NCBI RefSeq assembly: GCF_006345805.1
Contig: NC_042998.1
Location: forward strand, 124,992,001-125,056,000
Length of the DNA: 64,000 nt
Direction: 5' to 3'
From: Octopus sinensis
Taxonomy: Eukaryota
Notes under the pieces: model-generated
What the model was told of the DNA's origin: nothing
Databases searched by the model: none
What the model saw: only the letters and a program-made list of their open reading frames with translations
Made by a program: the position numbers and the translations under genes
In this document: positions 11,900 to 22,548 of the stretch, one piece after another
Layout of the letters: each line of letters opens with the position of its first letter
Position numbering within the stretch: the first letter of the stretch is position 1

Positions 11900-13440
11900 T
11901 GAAAGGTGATACTCTCAGGGCGTAAAAGGACCCCTCCTCAGACGTTTGGAATGTACTCAAACGACACAACCATGATGCTGTATGTTTAAAAGAATTATGG
12001 ATTGAGTACTTTGCAAACCTCTCTCCCAAAACAAATATTGCCATTTTTTTTTTTATCGGTGGCTCAGATTTATCGAAAGGAGAATTACGTGGAAGAGACA
12101 AGAAAGTCGGTTATTGGTAGGTACAGAACGAAAAATTTTGGAGAGCAGACGTTGTCGATCTGTTCCAAAGAATAATCAGCGCTGAACTGGAAGAGCCAAA
12201 TTGGTAGACAGTTGCATGTACAACACTCGTAGCTAAAAACCAGGAGCCGCATTTAGCCAAAAGTTACATATTTAAATGGTATATGTACAAAATGTACACA
12301 AGCTGTATCAATGCATTCCTCCAGGATCACTGCGAAACAAACTATGGTGATTGATGAGAAGTAGTACCAAGCAAAAAAGTTCGTCATCAACAAGTCTGTC
12401 CTAAAGAAAGCGAAGCAACACCCACATGTACTGTCTTTTTCTTATGGATATTAGTTTGATTATACTCTGCAAAGATTCTGTTATAGGCCATGGCATAAAG
12501 AAACTGACAACATAATTACCACAGAACTATTAAATAAAACCGAAACTACCGCTATAGTCACGAACAGAATTAGTTTATTAAAGGAAAACTAAAGGCTACA
12601 TGCTAGATATATAGAGAGGTGAAAATTAATGTTACCCACACCATCTTTGTTGATGACCATTAGCTGTGAGCAAGTAACACTTATAACACAGACAGTTAGA
12701 AATAGTCACGGCAGACAGAATTAGTCACAATGTTCCCGTGGGGAATAGGAATAGAGATTGTTCGTTATAAACGTTCATATTTATAGTCCATCGAGGAAAG
12801 ATTGTTGACCAGACAAGGAATCTGGATGCTAATAGCTTATCTGGATATTAATAACTTGTCTATCTCACCTAGCTCCAATTATGAACGCAGCTGTTACCTC
12901 GGGCTTTATGTGAATATTGCAATCGTAAAGCTAGAATTGCGGAAGAATATTTTAGCAAATTTCAAACCTTATGGAAGTCAGAGCTATATTCAATAGAACA
13001 ATGCCGCAAAGAACATTTGGGATTCTAAAGCTAAACACCCAAGAAGATATGCAACTTGGATATCAAGCTTAGAAAGACAACTGCTAGTGCCTTCAGCCTC
13101 AACAAAAATGTTGATACAATCTATATTAAACGAAAGGGTGGAGCAAGAGGCATAAGAGTAGTCCAAACAATCTCTGAGTGCGGTGTCGTATCACTTACAT
13201 AGCACCTGCCGAAGAGCAAAAAGTGAAATGAGTACATTGTGTGTGTACTCAACAGGGAAAATAACATCATGAGATTTAGAGAATGATTAGGCACTCTTGG
13301 TACACAGTTGTTCCCTTTGAACCAAGGGAAACTAGACTAAACAACATCAACAGAAAATTGGAGGGGGAACACTCATCAAATCAATAGAAAGTTATGCATG
13401 GCTACATGTCTCGTAAGCTACAGAATACAACCAAAATTGT
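11900..13440 (+). mobile_element. Decayed R4/Dong-like non-LTR retrotransposon RT fragment
   Basis: Broken-frame motifs MYKMYTSCINAFLQDHC, INKSVLKKAK, THTIFVDD, EEYFSKFQTLWKSEL, NVDTIYIKRKGGARG and KVMHGY, in the order expected for R4-clade RT. Confidence 0.65.
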
Positions 13441-13583
13441 TAGGAATAGTAGCCTTTCCTAAAAGCTATTATTAAAAATTTGATAAATCCAAAAGAATTA
13501 CGTAAGTACATACATATATATATTATATACCTAACTACATCTACATATCTTTGTACATATATTTTTGTACTCACACACACACG

Positions 13584-13657
13584 CATACATACATACATAC
13601 ATACATACATACATACATACATACATACATACATACATACATACATACATACATACA
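13584..13657. repeat. (CATA)n microsatellite
   Basis: Direct reading of the sequence. Confidence 0.97.
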
Positions 13658-13671
13658 CTCATTAAATACAC

Positions 13672-14030
13672 GTTAAGTAACTAGCAGACTGTATTGTCAG
13701 TCTCTCTATACAATTACTTATTCACTTGACAGTAATTACGATGTCTTTCAACATCAATGTAAATTATTTGAAATTACTGAGGGGACAGACAATATGCGAG
13801 AATTTTAAATGAACAATTATTTCATTTCATCTTCTTTTATATTATTTAATACTATTTAACAGCAAAAAGAACACAATAAAGACCATTTAGCAAGGTATTT
13901 TATAATACTTGGTATAGAAAGAGAATAAAGTAAATTAATCAATACTTGAGCCTCTAATGAGCCCCAAGGCGTAAACTGAAAAATTGAAAACAAGATGTTA
14001 AAGCAGACATGTCCACGAGTTTGAGAAATA
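13672..14030 (+). repeat. ~350-bp segment duplicated at 20225-20580
   Basis: Shared GATGTCTTTCAACATCAATGTAAATTATTTGAAATTACTGAGGGGAC...GAGCCCCAAGGCGTAAACTGAAAAATTGAAAACAAGAT; roughly 85-90% identity by eye. Confidence 0.92.
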
Positions 14031-14047
14031 TAAGAAATATATATACA

Positions 14048-14449
14048 GCAGGAGTGGCTGTGTGGTAAGTAGCTTGTTTACCAACCACATGGTTCCGGGT
14101 TCAGTCCCACCGCGTGGCACCTTGGGCAAGTGTCTTCTACTATAACCTCGGGCCGACCAAAGCCTTGTGAGTGGATTTGGTAGACGGAAACTGAAAGAAG
14201 CCCGTCGTATATATGTTTATATATGTATGTGCGTGTATGTTTGTGTGTCTGTGTGTGTCCCTCTAGCATTGCTTGACAACCGATGCTGTTGTGTTTACGT
14301 CCCCGTAACTTAGCGGTTCGGCAAAAGAGACCGATAGAATAAGTACTGGGCTTACAAAGAATAAGTCCCGGGGTCGATTTGCTCGACTAAAGGCGGTGCT
14401 TCAGCATGGCCGCAGTCAAATTACTGAAACAAGTAAAAGAGTAAAAGAG
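14048..14449 (+). mobile_element. SINE family A, full length
   Basis: Collinear with the other family A copies; tail AAGTAAAAGAGTAAAAGAG. Confidence 0.92.
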
Positions 14450-14831
14450 TATATATGCGTGTGTGTGTGTCGGAGAGTTATATTCGAGTTTGATCTTTTT
14501 ATTAAGGGTGTTGTCATATTTCGTTATTAGCCTTTTACGTTTTATTTGGGGCAATAACCTTCCAAAATCTATTAACAGTCTTCCTAGTGCATTTACGTTT
14601 CGAGCCATTCATAATCCCATCATCAAAATGAAGGGAAAGTAATAATGACTTTTTTTGTAAATACTGTACAAGTATATGTGTGTGTCTCTTTGTATGTGTA
14701 CATAACAATGTATAAACAATAGAAAAACACAGCCAAATGCATGAAGTAGTATGGAGGTGGTTATGTTGTACTGACGCTGATTGAGAATCACACTGGAAAA
14801 ATGATAACACAGACACACACACACACACATA

Positions 14832-15431
14832 TCGTCATCATCATCATCGTTTAACGTCCGCTTCCCATGCTAGCATGGGTTGGACGATTTGACTGAGGAC
14901 TGGCGAACCAGATGGCTGCACCAGGCTCCAATCTTGATCTGGTAAAGTTTCTACATACCTTTCCTAGCGCCAACCACTCCTAGAGTGTAGTGGGTTCTTT
15001 TACGTGCCACCGGTATGAGGGCCAGTTAGGCGGTACTGGCAACGGTCACGCCCAAATGGTGTTTTTTTTTACGTGCCACCTGCACACCGGCACAAGTATC
15101 AGTAAGGCGACGCTGGTAACGATCACGCTCGAACGGTACTTTTTATGTGCCACCGACACGGATGCCAGTTAGCCGCTCTGGATGGTGCTCTTAGTGCTCC
15201 ACTAGCACGGATGCCAGCCATCGAATTTGATTTCGATTTCACTTACCTCAACAGGTCTTCGCAAGCAGTGTCCAATGAAGGGAAGGTACGCATAAGTGGG
15301 CAGGTTACACCCCTGGCGTAGGCCACAAGGTTATGGTCTCATTTGGCTTGCCGGGTCTTCTCAAGCACTGCATATTTCCAAAAGCCTCGGTCACTAGTCA
15401 TTGCCTCGGTGAGACCTACTGTTCGAAGGTC
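14832..15431 (-). mobile_element. 3' end of an RTE-clade LINE
   Basis: Minus strand DLRTVGLTEAMTSDRGFWKYAVLEKTRQAK*, then a 3' UTR ending CCAACCCATGCTAGCATGGGAAGCGGACGTTAAAC(GAT)n, with a terminal palindrome and trinucleotide tail typical of RTE ends. Confidence 0.7.
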
Positions 15432-15440
15432 ATATATATA

Positions 15441-15475
<35 letters not shown>

Positions 15476-16191
15476 CTAGCAACTAAGCTCGGTTTCACCC
15501 AGTCGGAGAACGACGCGACGAGAAAAACGAAGACATAAAAAAAAATAATAAAGGAAGAAGTGAACACAAAGTGTTGTTTGGGCGATGGATCTTGATAGAA
15601 AAAAAGGAATGTCAGTCATGGTGAGTTAATAAGAAGAGCAAAGCAAGACTGGACTTACGTGGGCTGGCAGGACGATGAAAAAATTGCGGAGTTGAAATTG
15701 GAGCAGTTGCAGTTGCCGTTGTTATTATTGGGGTGCCTCTTGGTAGACAACATTCTTCGTCCTTCCCTCGATTGCACAAATGGAAAGACTATGGGGACTG
15801 CCAACACGGGAGCAGCCAACATACAGTTGTCCGTGTGAGAATACTTGCTCTATCAGATTCAAACCAACCAATGGCAGTGATTGTCCCTGCGCCTTGTTGA
15901 CTGTCATGGCAAAGCAGAGTTTGATGGGAAATTGCACCCGTTTAAACTTGTAGGTCGTATCAGAGGGAGTGAGGGATATGGGAGTTATAAGTACGCGTTT
16001 GCCAGCCGCCGGTCCATTCAAGATTGTTGCCTGCCGAACTCGGGAGCACAATATTTTGATAAACATCCGCGTACCATTGCACATTATTGGAGCATCTAAA
16101 TTCCTTACCAGCATGATTGGCGCGCCAACCTTCGGATGCAGTTCGTGAGGTGTTAGTCCTGCGGGTGTTTGGGAGGTAAGGAATTCAGGCG
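15476..16191 (-). mobile_element. Helitron 3' fragment: PIF1-like helicase C-terminus, subterminal hairpin and CTAG end
   Basis: Minus strand ends CTGGGTGAAACCGAG (imperfect hairpin)...CTAG|T at 15476, inside a TA run. Confidence 0.9.
15725..16191 (-). pseudogene. Helitron RepHel PIF1-family helicase, C-terminal ~155 aa only
   Basis: PEFL...PHEL.KVGAPIMLVRNL...CNGTR, QFPIKLCFAMTVNKAQGQSL, FSHGQLYVGCSRVG and TKNVVYQE motifs. Confidence 0.93.
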
Positions 16192-16418
16192 TAGCGTTTC
16201 TCAACCTTATCATTTCGGCTCCCCTGTTTCGGTTGGAGCCTCCAGCTGCACGAAAATTTTCTGACCCCGACCCCTTTCGTCAGATTTTTCATGGTCCTGC
16301 CGGTCTATCTCAGACACATGGGGAGCTGAATTAAATTTTTCATCAACACAGGGGAGGCGAAATAATTTTTTTCAATGTCAAATGGAAGCCGAATCGCGAA
16401 AAAGGTTGAGAAATGCTG
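16192..16418. mobile_element. hAT-type MITE
   Basis: TIRs TAGCGTTTCTCAACCTT (16192-16208) and AAGGTTGAGAAATGCTG (16402-16418), 15/17 match. Right flank ATCTATAA resembles a hAT target; no matching left TSD. Confidence 0.7.
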
Positions 16419-16767
16419 ATCTATAACGATGGTTTTTATTTAGGCACATCGTAAAAGTAATTATAAAGAATTGCTAAATATAAAAAAGAAATTTTTTTTT
16501 TCATGCAAATACTGTTAGAAAAAATATTTGCCATTTTAAGTCATCACTAAAATCAAAGCTCAATTTTTGAATGAAATAATAATTTTATTCTTTTATTGTA
16601 AGTTGTAAATTTTGCCCGAGAAATAAGGCAAATAATTACCAAATGCATTGTTAAAATTCTGCAACTCGATACCAAATATCTCCAAATTGATTAGAAATGC
16701 ATAAATTTAATAATAATGACGCTAAATAAAATTTGGTCGAGAAATACCAAAAAGATTACTTTATATA

Positions 16768-16932
16768 GGCGCAGGAGTGGCTGTGTGGTAAGTAGCTTGT
16801 TTACCAACCACATGGTTCCGGGTTCAGTCCCACTGCGTGGCACCTTGGGCAAGTGTCTTCTACTATAGCCTCGGGCCGACCAAAGCCCTGTGAGTGGATT
16901 TGGTAGACGGAAACTGAAAGAAGCCCGTCGTA

Positions 16933-16971
<39 letters not shown>

Positions 16972-17190
16972 GTGTGTGTGTTTGTGTGTATGTGTTTGTC
17001 CCCTTAGCATTGCTTGACAACCGATGCTGGTGTGTTTATGTCCCCGTTACTTAGCGGTTCGGCAAAAGAGACCGATAGAATAAGTACTGGGCTTACAAAA
17101 GAATAAGTCCCGGGGTCGAGTTGCTCGATTAAAGGCGGTGCTCCAGCATGGCCGCAGTCAAATGACTGAAACAAGTAAAAGAGTAAAGAG
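16768..17190 (+). mobile_element. SINE family A, full length, young-looking
   Basis: Close to the family consensus; terminal hairpin CAGTC-AAAT-GACTG at 17155-17168. Confidence 0.93.
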
Positions 17191-17337
17191 TATATCAACA
17201 AAAAACAGACGCGTTCCTTTATAGAGAACAGATTGTACTGAAGTGAAACATACCAAATGCACAGTTGAAACGCTGTAGGATTTTTCTTTCCAGCGTTGAA
17301 TGTTAACCATCTCACTTCTATTGTGTGCGCATACGCA

Positions 17338-17381
<44 letters not shown>

Positions 17382-17555
17382 CATGCACACGCGCGCGCAC
17401 ACACATACATTCACAAACCTTCCTTTTACATACATATATTCACACAAAGTTGAAACGCTGACATCACCCCTTCCTTCCTTATTCATGTATCACCCCTTCC
17501 TTTCTCATTCATAAACAATAGTATTATTCCCACTAGCTAAGCAACAATCTAAATT

Positions 17556-17855
17556 GTTGTTTGTTTGTTCCTTCTCGAGCCACGCCTGGCTCATAGGGCC
17601 GGTTTCCCGGTTTCCTTGGCGTATAGGTTCCCCACCTGGACGGGACGCCGGTCCGTCGCAGGTTAGCTACAGGATGCAGGAGGAAAGAGTGAGAGAAATT
17701 TGTAGCGAAAGAGTCAGCAGAAGTTCGCCATTACCTTCTGCCGGAGCCGCATGGAGCTTAGGTGTTTCGCTCATAAACACACACATCGCCCGGTCTAAGA
17801 TTCGAACCCGCGATCCCTCGACCGCGAGTCCACAGCTCTAACCACTAGATCATGT
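17556..17855 (-). mobile_element. SINE family B (tRNA head, V-domain-like CTGCGACGGACCGGCGTCCCGTCCAGG block)
   Basis: Minus strand A-box TAGTGGTTAGAGC, B-box GGTTCGAATC and (AAAC)n tail. Related copies at 42490 and 47340. Confidence 0.8.
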
Positions 17856-18949
17856 AAACAATCTAAATAGTCAGTCGTAATTCATATATTGTACAGTATC
17901 CACCAGCTATATCTTCTCTGAGATTGTCTTTCAGACAAACATTTCAATTAAACTCATTCCCAGTTATAGAAACACTGCAACAATCTTAATACCTGACCAA
18001 TGTTGATCTACGAAAAACATGAAGGACAGTGTTCCTGTTCTGCAACTCTAATCTGTTTATTTTTATATTTATCTTCTGAATGAATGCATACATATATACT
18101 GTTATTGTTATTGTTATATTCCTATATTACTATTTCTGATGGTGTACATCCCAACACAACAACTGAGATTAACAGCATTATTTTATGTTGCTGTAGTTTT
18201 TGTATGTATTCTAAAAATTTGTGTTTTCTGGGTTTCATTTTGGCATTACGCTTTTATTGTTTGTTGTCTTGTAGATGTATTTGGGTGTTTTAATCTGACT
18301 TAATACATTATGTTTTGGAACTTCTCTGACAACAAAATGGCTCCCTTTGATATTTAGGTAGTCTTTTATATTTTATTTTGAGTAACTGTTTTAACTCTCT
18401 ACCTAATAGTTATTTCATCGTGGTTATATCCATCTCATTTCTGATAAACCCACCCTATGGAATGCAAGTTGATACTAGAGTGATATGCTGCGATCAACGA
18501 ATCAATTTTCTCAGTTATACCATGTCATCATCTAACTGAGAATCATACCCCACAACCTAATATGCAGAGATGGATGATATGGGATGCAATATATGACAGT
18601 TTAAAAATGCTGCACTATTTCCTCTGGCACGTCAATTTCTACACGCCCGTAAAATTATCCTAGTAGCCACAGCGTAGACATGGTGGACTCACTCAGAACG
18701 CAAAAGTTTGTTCCTTCAGATATTTGAGGCCGGTATGGCTACTGATTTTGCATCTATTTCTTAATGAATATGTTCCTTTGATTGTGCTAGTCGAATGGGA
18801 TATGTAGTGTCCTTCGAATGTTATTGAGAAGTATTTTGGAATGTTGTAGATGTGCCTTGGCAGTTTTTCGCGTGGTCGGAAATTACTGGGAGAACTGAAG
18901 TTTGTTGTGTAAATAAACAATATCTCTCACATGACGAGATGGTTTTTCT

Positions 18950-20100
18950 CTTTCAATATGGTTGATCTAGAGTGTTCTCTGTGTACAACCTGTTAATGAT
19001 GCGTTGGGTGTTCTTGCGCACTTTGTGTGTTGTTGAAGAGAGATTAAAGCCAAACCATAACTGATATAGTCATGATGAAGTTAATATAGAGTTTGTACAC
19101 CAACGTTTTGTCTTTTATCAAGCCAAGTATACTGCAATTACTCTCAATATTTTGTGTCGTTTTTCTTTTGTTACTATGCCTTCTCTGTTTATTGCGACTT
19201 GTTGAAGGTGTGTCATAATTCCCTTTTATCTTCCTCGTGTGCGAAATGTTTCTGTTATTGAATACGATTGGTGCACGTGTTTGATGCTCCCTCTATATTG
19301 CTGGTAAAACAGAAAACACTGGTGACATTTATACCCATTTAAAAGTGGGTATTTGTTTTAGAACACAGAACACTGCGATAGTTACCACGAGAGAATCTCT
19401 AGTATGGACTTTTTGGTGCATAAAAGGACTCCTTTTGACATATAGGCAATGAGATTCTATGTATATTGCTAGCAGGAATATCGCTGCTATTTCCAGCAGT
19501 TGAGCGTTTAACATTGACAAGGCCAGGAAAAGCTGAAATCATCGGTGGTAGCGATGACGGGTGGTTTATCGTCCGCTAGCGATGTAAACAAGAGCGCTCA
19601 TGTGCAACGAATAGCCTATATGAGAGGTTCTTCATGGTAAGTGTTGCAGTATTCTGTATTCTAACACAGCATCCATTTTTAAGAGGAGATAAATATTACT
19701 TTTTTGTATTAATATTGCTTCTGTCGCTAATAATAATTATATAAAAATCACTGAGTCTGGAAGCAGATACTCAAAGTCTGTTATTTCGGAACCTGGTTTC
19801 TAGATGATTTCTGTAGTTTCGGTGGTTTTGCATCTGCTTTAGGAGAACCGTACAAGGCTACCAGTATAATGCTATCTTCAGATAAGGTGTTTTATGTATG
19901 TTTTTAGAGTATGTGCTGTGATGGTGTAGTTAGTTATGTGCTGAAAGAAGTGAATAAGAGACCGGATCTCTACAGTATTCCAGATTTGATCATGTTTTGT
20001 TCTTGTTGCTCTTGCCATACTTACTTTTGTAACTGTTCATATTAAGAATGTTTGTTGTCGCTATGATGGATTTTTCTTGTTATTGTTGTTTTGCTTCTTG
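18950..20100 (-). mobile_element. Possible heavily decayed, internally deleted APE-type LINE
   Basis: Scattered minus-strand motifs in the expected order: IILVALYGSP (APE-like), SLADD, KTLVYKLYINFIMTISVMVW (RT-thumb-like). Many stops. Confidence 0.35.
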
Positions 20101-20556
20101 ATTTTGTTACTGCCACTATTGTGATTGGAGCTGTTATTGACTATCCACTTATCCATCAAATCTTTGGTGTATACTCGGATCTTGTTCTAACTAGTATTGA
20201 CTCTTCACTTGTTCATTGATGACATTAAGTAACTAGCTGTACGTGTTGTCAGTCTCTGTACACTTACTTTTTCACTTGACACTAATTATGATGTCTTTCA
20301 ACATCAATGTAAATTATTTGAAATTACTGAGGGGACAAACAATATGCGAGAATTTTAAATGAACAATTATTTCATTTCATCTTCTTTTATATTATTTAAT
20401 AATATTTTACAGCAAAAAGAAAACAATAAAGACCATTTAGCAATGTATTCTATAATACCTAATATAGAAAGAGAATAAAATAAATGAATCAATACTTGAG
20501 CATCTAATGAGCCCCAAGGCGTAAACTGAAAAATTGAAAACAAGATATTAAAGAAG

Positions 20557-20730
20557 ATATGGCCATGAGGTTAAGAAATTCGTTTCGCAATCCCATGGCT
20601 TTAGGTTCGATTCTATTTCAAAACATTTGGAAAACTTTCTTCATCCATAGGGTGACTCATAAGACCGACTCAGTTATTTTCTTTGTGAGTGATATTAGAC
20701 AGGCGGAAACTGTAGAAACTTCCAGAAGCC
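20557..20730 (+). mobile_element. Old degenerate SINE family A-like 5' half
   Basis: TGGCCATGAGGTTAAG...GGTTCGATTC head and GTGAGTGATATT...GGCGGAAACTG...GAAGCCCGT block. Confidence 0.5.
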
Positions 20731-22087
20731 CGTTGGGTGGATTTCACTTGCTTTTGATGGATAGACTTGATTTATTGTTCTATGTATTACCATTAGTTGA
20801 TGCTTGGCTACGTTTTTATCAGAGTTCGCTTTGTTACAAGCATTCGGGTGAGTGTCGGGTGTAATGAGAAAAAAACTTCCCCTACCAATCTTATTGGCTC
20901 TTTAAATGGTCAGAACTGCTCTTCTTTCTGTTCCGATAGGGGCACGATATAAAACATTAAAAAAATTGAATTAGTGTTTCTTTGTCTACTGTGTTATTAA
21001 AATGCTACTTTTGTATTACTTTGTTACTAGAAAATCTTTTTACGTTATACTATTTCTACATCCTTTTACTTTCTTTCGCTTTCTTTCTCTTTCTCCCCCT
21101 CTCTATCATTCGTTCTCTCTATTTCTTCTATTTAGGCACATGGCCTTTATAAAGAGAGGACACCACAAGGACAGACAAAACAATACATGGGGTACATAAA
21201 AACATAACATTCGTTCTCTCATTATACCTTGGGCTTCAACTTTCTGGTGCGTGTCATCCTCTATTGCATATAATGAACTCCACTACAGTCATACACGTTG
21301 TGCTTAAATACCGACAGGGATCATTTACATTTCATCATTTAAGGGTTGGTGTCGTTGTTTAACCCCGTCAACTCTTTTCAAGGAATATTCCCATATGTCA
21401 CCGTATTGAAGAATATATACATAAGTACTGGAATAACACCGTATTGTGAAACCAAAACGCTATTTAATCAATCAAAATTGTACATCACTAAGGAAACGAA
21501 TAATCACTAAGATAATTTACAATTGCCCCCAAAGGCAAAAGAGCGGCGATTCTAAAATAGGAATTTGAATAGAAACATGTACTGAGGGTGAGGTATTTTG
21601 GAGTTGCTTTTATTTCTGTTTCATTAATTTAATTAATTAATGCTTTTTTCAATAAGACCCTATATGTCCTCTCGGTCATTGTGAGGTCTAGAAAGAATGA
21701 ACAAGGTAATTCTTTGCTGAAGACCTATAATAAAGCAGAAAATACACTCAGGGTTGTCACTGTACTTAGCAAGATCATATTCACTCCCCTCTGTTCCTTC
21801 CAATGATTCTTTTAATCATTCACACATTTGGAGTAGTCTCTATTATCTTTGTTAAGAATAATTGCTGATACTACTGTTTTTTCTTTTCCTTACTTATGTA
21901 AATTTGATCAAATAGTCTTTTTCTGAGTTCAAATGTTCCCGGGGTCGACTTTGTCTTTCATACTTTCGGGGTCGAACACTGGATTGATGTAATCAACACA
22001 GCCTCTCCCCACAAATTGCTGCCATTGTGCAAAAATTTGAAACCATTATTATTGTTGTTGTTGTTGTTGTTGTTGTTGGCAATGCGG

Positions 22088-22290
22088 TTAGCTGGCAGAA
22101 TCCTTAGCACGCCGGGAAAAATATTTGGCGGCATATCGTCCGTATTCTTGTTCTGAGTTCAAATCCCACCGAGGTCGACTTTGCTTTTCAGGTGCGATAA
22201 AATAAATACCAGTTGAACACTGAGATCAGTGTAATCGACTTACCCACCTCCTCCAAACTTGCTAGCCTTGTGCCAAAATTTTAAACCATT
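22088..22290 (+). mobile_element. SINE family C (a partial copy lies just upstream at about 21920-22045)
   Basis: GCTGGCAGAATCCTTAGCACGCCGGG...CTGAGTTCAAAT..CCGAGGTCGACTTTGC...GATAAAATAAATACCAG; homologous to 59887-60091. Confidence 0.8.
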
Positions 22291-22344
22291 ATTATTATCA
22301 TCCTCATTATCATCATTATTATTTGATCTAGCTGAGCGTCTCAC

Positions 22345-22548
22345 GTTTCCATCGCTCTTATAAGTTTTTCACGAATCGATGTATGTTTGCTCTCCCCTAT
22401 AATCTTTTCTATATTCTGATATTTTGTTCCTTCTTTTGTTGAGGAATCGACCGCGCAAAAACACGTCGGTGTACTGCCTTTGCTTGTAGTGTCTTTACGA
22501 GTTTGAATATCTTTAAAAGGCTTGGCATCGTTTTCACTAGATGGCATC
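22345..22548 (-). CDS. Candidate orphan host exon (204 bp, frame-preserving), product unrecognised
   Basis: Acceptor CTCTTTTCAG|G, donor AC|GTGAGA, open frame MPSSENDAKPFKDIQ...IREKLIRAMET, non-repetitive sequence. No partner exon confirmed. Confidence 0.4.

Noticed and set aside
15725-16213. Cellular PIF1 helicase gene
   Set aside because: C-terminal fragment only, intronless, followed by a Helitron hairpin and CTAG end, and the start codon comes from an adjacent MITE.
16768-16850. tRNA gene calls at SINE heads (families A, B and C)
   Set aside because: They have A/B boxes but no complete cloverleaf, and each continues into a SINE body present in many copies.
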